Shown: positions 12,801 to 24,300 of the stretch, one piece after another
How the letters are laid out: each line of letters starts with the position of its first letter
How positions within the stretch are numbered: position 1 is the first letter of the stretch
Assembly: GCA_015680685.1 (NCBI GenBank)
Contig: MNCI01002198.1
Location: 390,652-454,651 of the forward strand
Source of the DNA: Gnetum montanum
Taxonomy: Eukaryota; Plantae; Gnetophyta
Length of the DNA: 64,000 nt
Reading direction: 5' to 3'
Translations under genes and position numbers: made by a program
Notes under the pieces: generated by a model
What the model was told of the DNA's origin: nothing
Databases searched by the model: none
What the model saw: the letters and a program-made list of their open reading frames with translations, nothing else

Positions 12801-15800
12801 TTAATATTATTAGAAATTGAAAAGAATGAACAAGAAAAGAAGATTCCGTCTTGTAGGATTGAATGTTAAAAATTGAAAATTGAAGCTCAACAGTTGAAAG
12901 ACAAAATGCTAAAGGAAACGGAGAGAAAGGTTAGGACTACCTAGCTTATGGAGAAAATCAAATTAAACATGTTGCAGTACTATGAGATAGAGGGAATGCA
13001 AATGACTCCAACAAATCAACCAAGTGCAAGTAATGTCAAATCCAGACTTGGTGGAGGTTTTCCAAAAACAAAGCAGACCAAACCTACTAACCCTGTTACC
13101 CCAGGAAGTGCTTTGGAAATGCTAGTGATAAAAATTAGTCGTGTAAGTGTCCAAATAGGACTGTTTGTCAGTTTTGTCAAGTGTGTTTTTTGTGCTCGGT
13201 TTGTGTGTTTTAGATGTGATCAATTTTGTATTGGTGAAGGAGATCAAATGTGCTTGAGTTAGGCAGGGCGACACTTTGATGTTCTAAAACAAATTTTGTG
13301 TAAGAGTGTTCACTTTTGATGAAGGAACATGCAGTCTGTGTCTATTTTTTTGTGGTATCTTCCATGTTGACGGTAAATGTTGTGTTTGTTAGTTACATAT
13401 CTGTGTAAAAGGCCCTTGATATGATAGAACGATGGCATTCCTCTGTGGATATGAAGAGTCTTTGTCTATGATTCCAACTATGTGTTTTCTAAAATTCTTT
13501 ATAAAATTAGGGGAGATGTGAGATGGTTTAAATTGCTTGTGTCTAACCAGCACAAGTCCCTTGCCATCACATATTAAATTTAACAAAAAAATGCACTCAA
13601 TATAGAATTTTAGAACAATAAATGAATTTTAAAAAAACTATTTTTAAGATTGAAGGGGAGTCTTGAACCTATACTGAAAAAACACTATATGTCAGTCTTA
13701 ACATAGGTATTTTCCTATTTAATAATGAAAACAAAAACCCAAATGGAAGGGCGCATCCAATAAACAAATAAGTTGCAATTACCCATACAAGTTATAAAGG
13801 AATCACCTCGAATCACCTTGTATAACAAAGATATATACAACATAAACACTAGAGTCTGTGTAAAGTGAGGACTGAAGATGACGAGGCCCAAGTTGCATGG
13901 GAGTTAGGCACCTGTAGGAAGCATGATGCTCATAGGTTAACAATGGAGAGTGAAGACGTGTGTCACTAGAAAAGACACATGGGGGAGAGAAATAGTGCAC
14001 AAACAGAGAAGTGGAAATCTGTACCATAAGAACCAAGTCCAGTATCAGGTGAGACACTTGAGAAGGAGTGTGAATCAAGTCCATTTGGCAACCATGACTT
14101 ATCAACCAATGACATGAAACCATCATTCATGCTTGAATCCATAGGATGGAAACCAAATCGTGAGATAAATAGAGAAGTTGAAGTCTATCCGTCTAGAGAA
14201 CTAAAGATGTGAACCAACTTGTAGTAGAGAATGGAAACCATGCTGTAAGGAATATAGATGGAATGACAATAGAACCATTCATAGTGTTTAAGACCACCAT
14301 GCAATGTCGCACACTCCTAACTGAGAGAGTTGTGTGAGCAAAGGAGATTCCTCAGATGAAGGAATGAATGATGTAAAAGACAACATGAAACATAAAACAA
14401 AGAAGATTGCATGGAAGAGTGCAACACTAAAAAGCCCATGGGAGTTCAAAGATTCTGGTAGTTAACTGGAAAGTGGAAGTTCCAAAGAAATGGAACAATA
14501 ATGACAATATAGAACATCAACCAGACAAAATTGCACAGAAGAGTGCAACACTACAAAAGCCCACAGGAGAATGAATATTTTGTTAATTAAATGGAAGGTG
14601 CAAGTTTGAAAGAAATAGAACAATAACGATTCATTTGTACATAACAGATGAAATCATAATGTTAGTATATAGAAATGTAATTGCAATTTTGATATCGATC
14701 TTGACGGGGATAATATTTTGATCCTTTTAATCAATTCAACACTATAAGATCTTTCTTTTATCAATTTGTTAGATTGCATCAAGTTGAAAAAATGTTACCA
14801 ACAAACAATTTCATGGTTGGAGCATGTCAAAGTGAATGAGGACAAAATACAGGTACGTGGACTTGGGCTTAGCATCCTCCATAGACTAGATGTGGGTGAG
14901 ATTATGCTTTGGAGGTGTGATGCATTTGCACCTTTGCCTTCCATTCCATAGTGAGCCAAGGTTTCTTTTTCTTGAATAGGCAAAAGGTTCAAAACTTGAA
15001 AGTGTATGGAATACAGTAACACTGCAAGGTCAACGACCATCCTAAAGCAACGAATCTCTTGCTAATCTCTAATAATTTAGCCAGTGGGATAACTACAGGT
15101 GATGGAACAATTTGTTTTCTTGTTGAGGCTTGATGAATAATGTACCAGAAACATGTTAAAACTGGCGAAGTGTTGTCCTGTTGGGATATAGGAGGAACTG
15201 ACTTCTTTAATGTATTAACCCATCGTAATTTAACTCATTGAAAAGGCCTGTACATTGTTGCATGGAGCCTATGGAGGTGATTATCTCTCTTCTATATATG
15301 ATATGCCTCATAATAACTTTTATCAAGATCTCTCATTTGCTGCATCCATGGCCTCATAAATGGCTTCCTATAGGGCATTTACCTCCTTCAACGGTATGTA
15401 GTACATGAACCAGAGGCCCCTAAACCTATGAAAATAAATTACCTAAAAATGTTGACTTAAAACCTATGAACTTTAAGCTCCTGTGGAATTCCTGGATTTG
15501 CTTCAAATCTTAATTTTATAGTTAACAAAATTATTTCTTTACTGGTTCACAAAAATCATGAAGTTTAGGACAAAATAAAATTTGAGAACAATTAAATGTT
15601 ATGGATGCTTGACTGTCTGCTTGAAATAAACACTGAACTTGTTCTTACTAAGTGATTATTGGTCATATCTCTTTGTATACTTCTGGTTAGTCTTCTAAAT
15701 ATTTTCCCTGCTCAATATCAAAACATTAATATATGTTCATCCCTAAAAGATGAATTCTTCCTGTTATACCCTTGTGGTCATTGGGCTAAAGTGCAGGCTA

Positions 15801-17778
15801 CTGATGAATTCGTCTATTTTAATTGACTCAGAAAAGGAAAAAAATAAGTGACCATTAGTGAAGTTAAGAGTTCTGTGGATATTCTTGTGTTCTTTCTACC
15901 ATGTTCATGAAAATGGATGATTGTTCACAAGGAATGACATTTCCAAACCAGATATGTTCCGTGAGGTGTTTGTCATGTGAAACATCATGGGGTAATGAAT
16001 ACGGAATGGTGCACATGACAGCACGTAGGAGATATATATGAACTGAAGGCCCTTGAATTATGATGAGAAAAAGTCATGCAGCAAACAAACGTATGTATAT
16101 ACTTTCTTAATGAATGGGAGCAGCCCCTGCATCCGCTGGTTAAGTTGAAATACATCTACATTGAAAATATGCCTTTATTGTTGAAACTTTTCTTAAAGAA
16201 TTTTGTAAAGATAACTATTATTTATATTATGGATTTTACTAAAGTGTTTGCCTTGGATAAACATGATTAGCAAAAGAGAACTCATATCTTTTATCCTTAA
16301 CAAGTGGGATAGGCCTCCAGTGATGGTTAATGCAACTTTATTATTTTTAACTTTACATCTTTAACCATACTTGGCTCTCTCCTGTATTTTGTAACTGATT
16401 TGAATGCAACATTGAACATTCAATAATTTGCATTCAGCTGAATAGCATCTTTACTGAAGGTGCCAACGCTTCAGAAGGTTTGAAGAGAACCGAGCAAATG
16501 TATGTTAGAAAAGTTGTAATGTTGGAGCAGTTTAGTGAGAAGTTAATAACTGATGAATTACTAATGCTGATGGTAAATTCATTGCATTATTGGAAAAGTC
16601 TTCAATGACCTAAAAAAGTACAACGTAGGCTTTGACTCTAGGATGGAAGAACGTAGGATATGATGATATGCTTATATGATGGAAGAACAGTATTGTTTAC
16701 AAGGGCATATAGTCAAAGCATACATTGTCCATGTTCCTCACTATTTCTATAAGCATAAGATATTGAAAGACTGATACATGATGGAAAAAGCTAGTGGTAT
16801 ATTTAATTAGCAGTTGGGAAAATTAAAAATTAAGGCATTTTACATTTAGAAGAAGAGCCTTTGTATCTATTGGACAGAATGAATTTCAGCTACTTCTTTT
16901 TGCACAAGTTCATTATACCTTAGCATAAACCTTTGGGTCGAACCTTGAGCTCACAGAATGCACCGATCTATGGGCAGAGAAATCAGGTAACAAACGAGGA
17001 TCAGAGAATAATGTTTTATAAAATTAGGAGAAAACAGGAAAGGGCGATTGGATTACTTGTGCTATGATGTGAATTTGTTTAAGTTGCTATTTTGTATAAT
17101 ATTTGAAAGAACACCATTTTATGAAATAGTGGCTGAAACAGTGCTATACTGTATAATTTGTTTTATACCAGTTGATGCCTAACAGAACTTGAAAATATTA
17201 TTTGGAGACATCTTGTAATTGTTTGCCAAAGTGCAAAGGTATTAAACTGGTTTGAATATGTAGACCTGCTTACGTCCTCATAAGAGTTGTAATATAATAT
17301 TTTCGAATTAAGGAACGTTGGATTTTTGAAGCTTTTAATAATTAGCTACGTGTGAGTTCATTCCACATTCTGGTTAATTGGCATCTTCAGCTCAAATGGT
17401 TGCTTGAGTAATTTATGCTTCTGATAGATTGATGATAAAACTTTTTTATATTTACTCTAGGTCATCCAGCTTTGATAGGACGCCACCGGCCATTCCCTGT
17501 AACAAGAGAGGCAGCAACAAGGTGGCTTCAGCATATGCAGAAGGCATTAGATGCTATTCCAACAATTGACTCAGATTCGAAAGTTCGAATGTTCAATTTT
17601 TTCAGGTAACGTGAACAACGCTGAACTTAAGCTACTATGGAATTTAGATGTTGGATATAATTTATGATTTGAATTTTGCATTTGTGCTTCTAGGCATACT
17701 GCTTTCTTTCTTGTGGCCGGCAATGAAATGATGAAATCACAGCAGACAGATTGTCAAAATGTTCGGCACCGGCCTTGA
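6740..17778 (+). CDS. GLB3: Truncated (2-on-2, class 3) haemoglobin/phytoglobin, 4 exons: join(6740-6876,9934-10064,17461-17605,17694-17778), 165 aa
   Basis: Spliced translation [165 protein letters not shown] matches plant GLB3 (FY B9/B10, MGGP, GHPAL..RH with the proximal His, RW). Exon lengths 137+131+145+85=498 nt, in frame. Confidence 0.96.
9934..10064 (+). CDS. GLB3: GLB3 exon 2 (VYEDDQEWF...[11 protein letters not shown])
   Basis: ttttatgcag| acceptor and AAAG|gtgtgc donor. Confidence 0.95.
10277..10701 (-). mobile_element. 5'-truncated non-LTR (LINE 3' UTR or SINE) insertion in GLB3 intron 2
   Basis: 17-bp target-site duplication tcattactaatattttc at 10260-10276 and 10702-10718; poly(T) at the left end is poly(A) on the minus strand. 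Confidence 0.8.
11040..12600 (-). mobile_element. Chromovirus-type (CRM-like) Ty3 remnant: 5' LTR (from about 11889 rightwards), PBS and gag N-terminus, in GLB3 intron 2
   Basis: Degenerate tRNA-Met PBS TGGTAGTAGAGC (11874-11885, minus) next to a ..TCA LTR end. ORF 11056-11481 reads [26 protein letters not shown]...KLEGLAAK, gag-like. The right boundary is approximate. Confidence 0.6.
14407..14625. repeat. Diverged two-unit direct repeat (~125 bp period)
   Basis: attgca..gaagagtgcaacacta..aaagccca..ggag...ggaa.gtg.aagtt...aagaaat.gaacaataa occurs twice. Confidence 0.6.
17461..17605 (+). CDS. GLB3: GLB3 exon 3 ([12 protein letters not shown]...MFNFFR)
   Basis: tttactctag| acceptor and TTCAG|gtaac donor. 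Confidence 0.95.
17694..17778 (+). CDS. GLB3: GLB3 exon 4 ([11 protein letters not shown]...RP*)
   Basis: gtgcttctag| acceptor; TGA at 17776-17778. Confidence 0.93.
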
Positions 17779-18129
17779 AATCCATTCATGAAGAAAATGC
17801 TTCGATTATTAAGGATAAAATGTCTTACTTTTTCTGAAATTTCAGAAACCAACCTGAAAATCTAGACGTGCACTGCAGTTTCTTTTAAGTTTTAGTTTTA
17901 ATATTATTTATTAGGCTCCATGGTTGGCATGTTAATATAAAGAGTTGCAGAAGGGGTTGAACAATGGAAAAAACTTAGGTAGCTCATGAAAAGGGTTTTG
18001 TCACATACTTAAATGCTAGCAACATGGTAGTAATTATAAATAACTAGTATTTCAAAAATTATTCAAAAAATGAATGTCCTTTAAGATGTGGATTTCTTCA
18101 TATAGATGGTAGAATTGCAAATAAAGTTG

Positions 18130-21100
18130 TTTCATTGAATAATATTAGTTTCTTTGATAGCTTTGATGGCTTTGATTTTGTTGAAACTTGAGAAAATGGT
18201 TATGTAGGTTTTGTAGTCATTGGATTTATTAAATTTGTTGCAAGAAACACAATATTAGGATGAAAAGGTAGGCCTTCTAGTGGCATTGTAGTGTTAGTGA
18301 GGAAATCTCTTGAAAATTGTGTGCCTTTAGAAAAAGTTGATGATCATAAATAATATGTTTGGCTAAAAATCATATGTCAAGATGGTTGTACTTTCTTTGT
18401 GATATGTTATTTTGTCCCCATAGATGTTACATTGTATAATTTAGAGTTGTCTCGTGATCATCCTTGTCACTTCCTTAGGTAGAGATATTGTAGAATTTTT
18501 AGCAAAAGGCTTAGTGTTTATTTATGGAGATTTTAATGCAAAGATAGGTTCATAGCAAATATAAATTATTCGATGGCAACATCATGTTGGTAGTTTAGAC
18601 ATTGTTGAAGATTAGAGCTGGACACAACATTATGTAGATGATATTATTAATAAGATGGGTCAACAACTATTAGAATGGACAAATTTTTGATCTTCTCATG
18701 TGCAATGGACTTGCAAGATTTTTTCAATATTTATCATTAGCTATAATAGGACGTTAAGGTAATTCTTACATTGGTTTGCTTTTATATTCTTATAAAGATA
18801 TTGAATTGGTTAAAAAGTTGAAAGTTGAAGAAGATTTAGTGGAGCTTTGTCATCATCATGTAGAGTTTTTGTTGCAAATTCAAATTTTTAATCATCTAAA
18901 AAAATAAAAATAGCAAAAAAATTAAGTATAGAGTCACCCCAAAAGTTAATAAAAAATATATAGACTCAACACATAACAAATGGACTTTTGAAAGATAATA
19001 TAAAGAGCTTGAACAAATTTTGCTTACTATATCTAAGAAAGTCATGCATTTGTAACAATAGGTGCTTAGAAGGCTTGGTTTGATGAGGATTGTCAAGAGG
19101 CTACACAAAATTTTAATAATGCAAATAAGAGTTATAGAGAAACTTTAGTTAAGACATATATGTTTGATTAGAACTAAGAGAAGGAAATTGGAGTAGCAGG
19201 AAAATTTTGCTTACATCATTAAAAAGAAGTTTAGATACTTTTGATAATGTTTTCATTATAAAGTGTCTTCATTATTTAATTTTTCTTTTTAAGATATTTG
19301 CTCATTTTGCAATAAACTATTTACAAGAGAAGATGATAATTCTATTACTATTGTATAGCAAGCACCTCTTCAATTTACTCTTGAGGAAGTCATAGTGGAT
19401 ATTAAAAAGCTAGCATTTAACAAAGCTATTTCAAATGGTTTATATGCAAAATTATGAAAGTGGTTAGGACATGTTATTCATAGAGAAATGTGGCATAGAT
19501 TAAATTCAATAATAGATCATATCAACATTGGAAAACTAGTAAAGCTATCTATTGTTATATAAAAAGGGGGATTTAAATAATTTGAACAATTATCAAATGA
19601 TCATTATGAGTAATATTTTTGTTAAGTTCCTGAACACTTTGCTAGAAAAGAGAATCCCTTCTTGGATTGAAGTTTGCAAAACTATTGAATAAAAAAGTTT
19701 TTATTTGTTTTATTGATTTTGCAAAAGCATATGATTTAGTGGTTCGTACAAAACTATGGTTGCGCTTGTATAAAATTGGCATCCTGATTGTCACAACTTA
19801 AAAATTATGAGCAAAGTGATTATTAAAATTACAAACAACAATTTCGACAAAACAATTTCAATTCCAAAGGAAAATTAGAATTTAGCAAGGTTGTCCACTT
19901 TCTCCAACTCTTTTTGATATCTTTATTGATGAAATGCAGAAATGTTATGCAATGGGTAAGATAGTCATGTTATCAAAATTAGATTCCAAACAGTGAATCT
20001 TCTTTTATGCACATATGATGTTGCCTTGATCTCCACTACTATAGAAGGTATATAAAAATGTTACAAATTTTAGAAAATTATTGTTTCTCATATGGTCTTC
20101 AAATGAATGTGGATAAAACCAAATTGATGATTTGTAGTACAAGAAATACTTCTTGTAACTTCCATCTTGGAGGTATTGATGTGTAAATATTAGATTATTT
20201 TAAATGTTTCGGTCTCATTTATATGAACAATTACATGTGGGGGAAGTGCATAAAAAATAAAAAATAATAATAAAAAAAAGAGAATAGCATGAGGTTTCAA
20301 GGCTTTGTATGCTTTAAAAAATAAGTGTAAGGTTTTAGGGCTTGAAATGTTAGAAAATAAAATTTTCTGACTATCCTCTATTCTACTATATTATATGGAT
20401 GTGCTCTTTGGAGACTTAGACTTAGTGCTAAACTTTGGAAAGATACTGAAAAAGTATAGAAAACTTTTCTTTTTGATGAGTTAAAGGTGAAAATGTAAAC
20501 ATCTTACTCAATGTTATTACGTGAATGTGATTTATTACCTTTAGAAGCAAAGGCCTTGTGCTAATTCATTACATACACTCATAGCTTGCACATCTCAATG
20601 CAAGACCAATTCTCTAGAGTAGTTCTTGAGGATTCACAAAACCATTGTTAGTATTTTTAGGGAATGCAATGGTTGCGAAAATGGAATATCTCTTGGGAGG
20701 ATGTACACCAAAAGCCTAAGCATATTTGCTAGCTAGTTAAGTAGAAGGTTTTAACATATATGTGGTTTAATGCAGAAGGTAAGAAACAATTTTATTTACA
20801 TCACATTAGATCTAATAAACTAGATGCAAAAGGTCATTACCTCTCCGTTGTTGTTCCAATTAAGTATCGGAATGTTATCAACAAGCTTCTTCTTGTTTCT
20901 TATGTCAAAGATTTGGGTTTGAGCATGGGCATAGTCACCTGAAGAGGTTAGGTTTTTGCTTATCCACCAACCCTCTTAGGACCCCACTTAGTAGGATAAG
21001 CATTGTAGCTCTCGATGAGGATCATTTTTTAATGCTATCAACAAGCTTCACTTAAGTTCTCATTATCTTAGAATTGAAGGTGGAAGATAAATTCAATTTC

Positions 21101-21361
21101 TCTAAGAAGAGCACATTTTAGGTTGTGTAGGTCAGAAGCCCTTGAAGATGAGTTACATGTATTTTTTTTATGTTGTGACTACCCATTTGAAACAGTGTTA
21201 TAATGTTATAGCAAAAAATTTGTATGATTTGTTTTTGCTCTCTCCATTGGTGCTTGGTTAATTTGTAGAGTATCTTTATTTTTCATGAAAATGTAATATC
21301 TATTGAATAGATTCTATGAGTCTTTGGATGTAAAAAAGATTCAATTTTAATTTCAATTTCA
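18130..21361 (+). mobile_element. Decayed LINE, non-L1 type (RTE-X/CR1-L2-like): APE, RT and C-terminal Cys/His motif
   Basis: GRPSSGIVVLV (~18270), GDFNAKIG (~18525), FIDFAKAYD (~19710), QGCPLSPTLF (~19886), LSSHYLRIEGGR (~21052), EDELH (~21144); ends in short ATTTCA-like repeats (21339-21361). Confidence 0.75.
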
Positions 21362-21379
21362 TAATGGGCAAAAATTCAA

Positions 21380-24300
21380 AAATAATTGCTGATAATGATT
21401 GATTAGTTAAAGAAACCTTATATAAGAGCACAATACTTTCTTTGACTTTGTGGCAATTCCAAAAAATACTCAAAGTAGATTTAGTTCATCACAATGACAT
21501 GAGGGAATGGGAAATCTAAGGTGCCATAGTCTAGAACCCATAAACAAACCATTGTTTAACAAGGACTAGGTAAACATTTTTAGTTTTGGACTGCCAACAA
21601 CTTTTACACAAATTTTTGAAAGTGCTTTTTTGCCTTTTATGACTTCAATCTAGACTTCCCTTGTAATTCAGATAATCAAATAATTTTTCATTGGCATAAT
21701 TTTATGAATAAATTTTCTTATAGTTAGGTCTTGAAACAAAGAAAGATGTATCCTTTCATACTCAATTATCTTTTAAGATTCCAAGTGAAATCTTATGGGG
21801 CTTGAATATGAAGTCTCACCATTGAAGTAAGATCATTTAAGAATAACTTATAATTTCCGAAAATGGAAAGTTTGTAGATCAAATTTTCAATCTCCATGAT
21901 ACCATCTTCATNAGTAACTTTTCCTGGATGTGGATTGTCGGAAGAGAACAAAGGTGGAAGAAAGAGGAAAAGGCCGACGAGTGTAGAGTACTGTGGCTTA
22001 ATTAGGAGACGTTCTTCGGAAGCTAGGCCTGATGATGGTGATTATTGAGATCTCCGATATGACTCCATGGCTGCAATAAGAGAAACAACTGATTAGCATT
22101 CATCTTAAATTTTGGGGCTTGAGATATAATTTGGAAGTGAACATGCCGTAAAATTTGCATTTTTTCCAAAGTAGTTAGCTGTAAGGGGTTTGAAATAATT
22201 GTCTTTTGAAAATGTGTAGAACATATACGTTTCCAAATATAATATAAGGTGATGGGCCTAAGGATCTTCCATAGGAAATGAGAGTTTTTGGACCTGGTAG
22301 GTAAGAAACCAAACATTACAGCCTCATGTGTTAGAGTGCGTGAGGGAAAAACCTTAGAGGCCCATTCCCATGCATAAATTTATGGCATAATTTTATGAAT
22401 AAATTTTCTTATAGTTAGGTCTTGAAACAAAGAAAGATGTATCCTTTCATACTCAATTATCTTTTAAGATTCCAAGTGAAATCTTATGGGGCTTGAATAT
22501 GAAGTCTCACCATTGAAGTAAGATCATTTAAGAATAACTTATAATTTCCGAAAATGGAAAGTTTGTAGATCAAATTTTCAATCTCCATGATACCATCTTC
22601 ATTAATTAAATCATCCCACCATTTTATAGGCTTTTTTTTTTTCAAAAAGAACATAAGAGGATGCAAGAAATTCTTGAATATATCTAACCCCACCAAGCAA
22701 ATGAAAATATAACATAATTATACTAGTTTAGCTATATATTTATAATATATATTTATTATTTCGCTGAGAGAATCTTATATATTTTACAAATTAATAAAAT
22801 CTCAAATTGATTCATTAAGAATTAATATTCATATTGAAAACCAAAATCAAAATGACTGTATGTTATTGCATTTTTTTTCATCATCGTGGGATCTTATGTG
22901 GTGCATGACATGGAGGGTGACAAAATACACTCCCCCCTCCCCCAATCATGCTAGACGTATTGGCCTCTTAGCCAAAATTAACCTTTTTTGATATCCATTT
23001 CAAAATAGATTTTAAATTCTACCATTTCCTCCATATAACTTTTAAAAAGGGAGATTTTTGAATAGTAAGAGGAATACAAGTAAAAATCCAATTGAGCCAA
23101 GATAAATAAAAAAACTTGAAGATGATAACCATTGTGATGAAACTTGAACTTGAGTAATTTTTTCCAGCTTTCATTAGCTCTCATAGTCCTCAAAATCCAC
23201 TTAGTAGTTGAGGTTGAAGCTTGATCATTAAAACTACTAAATCCCAAACCACCATACTTTTTTTTGGGGGGTAAGTTATAAAGTTTCTAGACAACTTAAG
23301 AAAATCCCCTGCTAATGCTATTATATTTTTTTTGATAATTTTATGAGATAACATGTCTTTCTAGGAGCCAACAAAGGAATAATAAACATGAATATAGGAG
23401 AGAATATGTTTAATAATTCTTCCAAGGACATGTTCAACTTTGATCACTTTTCTAATTTATTAAAAATTTTCTAAACCATTTGATTCAATAATTGAGAAAT
23501 ATTAGCAATAATAGCAATATGAACTCTAAGAAATTGAAAAATTTTGTATGGTTGAATTCATTTCCTTGGAAGATGTACAAATTTTGATTAAAGTTGTTTA
23601 CAGAAGGTTCTTATTCAATTTGATTTATCTCAATTTATCTTAGATCCTAATTTGCAAGGCCTCATGAAGGTTTGTTAGCTTCTCTTTTAATAAACATAGT
23701 TTAAGAAATTGGCAAGGAATTTGCTACAACTAATCACATGTTTATAAGCAAGTTGATTTAAAATATAATTAGTAATGTAATCGTATATATGGTAATATTT
23801 TTTGTATTGATTTTTAGAGTTAGTATGATGTTTGTTGCTCATTATAGGTTAAGGCCAAAAATTAAACTTCTATACTTGAATTCCACCTTTAACTAAACTT
23901 GCTATCTAGAAAAAATTAGAAAAATGCAATCAGTAATGTTCCTTGATATCACACTTCCTTCACTATTCCAATTTAAATTTGATTTATATATCATTTTATT
24001 TTTATTTTTACAGATTGATTTCTAAAACTTGTAGACAATCTTCTCATATGATACGATTTTTTAGTCTATGTTAAGAAAATAAAAGTATCATTGACAAATT
24101 AATTTATATGGATACATTCTAAAGATCTTGGTAAATGTGCACCTAAGTTAGTATTTTTTGTATTTTCAAATCCCAAGACACTTGGAGCAATTATAATGAG
24201 AAAGGGAGTAAGGGACAACCTTGTCTAATTGATTTGTGTAGGGTAAATTCTTCATTAAGCTTACCATTAATTAATTTTCTTGTAGAAACATGCTATAATA

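Noticed and set aside
12600-13110. Glu/Lys-rich coding-like stretch as a nested gene in GLB3 intron 2
   Set aside because: Interrupted by stops, with no recognisable domain or exon structure; probably TE debris I cannot classify.
13760-15420. Possible minus-strand retroelement remnant
   Set aside because: Composition is coding-like, but I found no diagnostic motif.
21692-22602. 220-bp direct repeat as an LTR/TRIM or large TSD
   Set aside because: The copies look identical within an otherwise very decayed LINE, and one ends at an N; assembly overlap.
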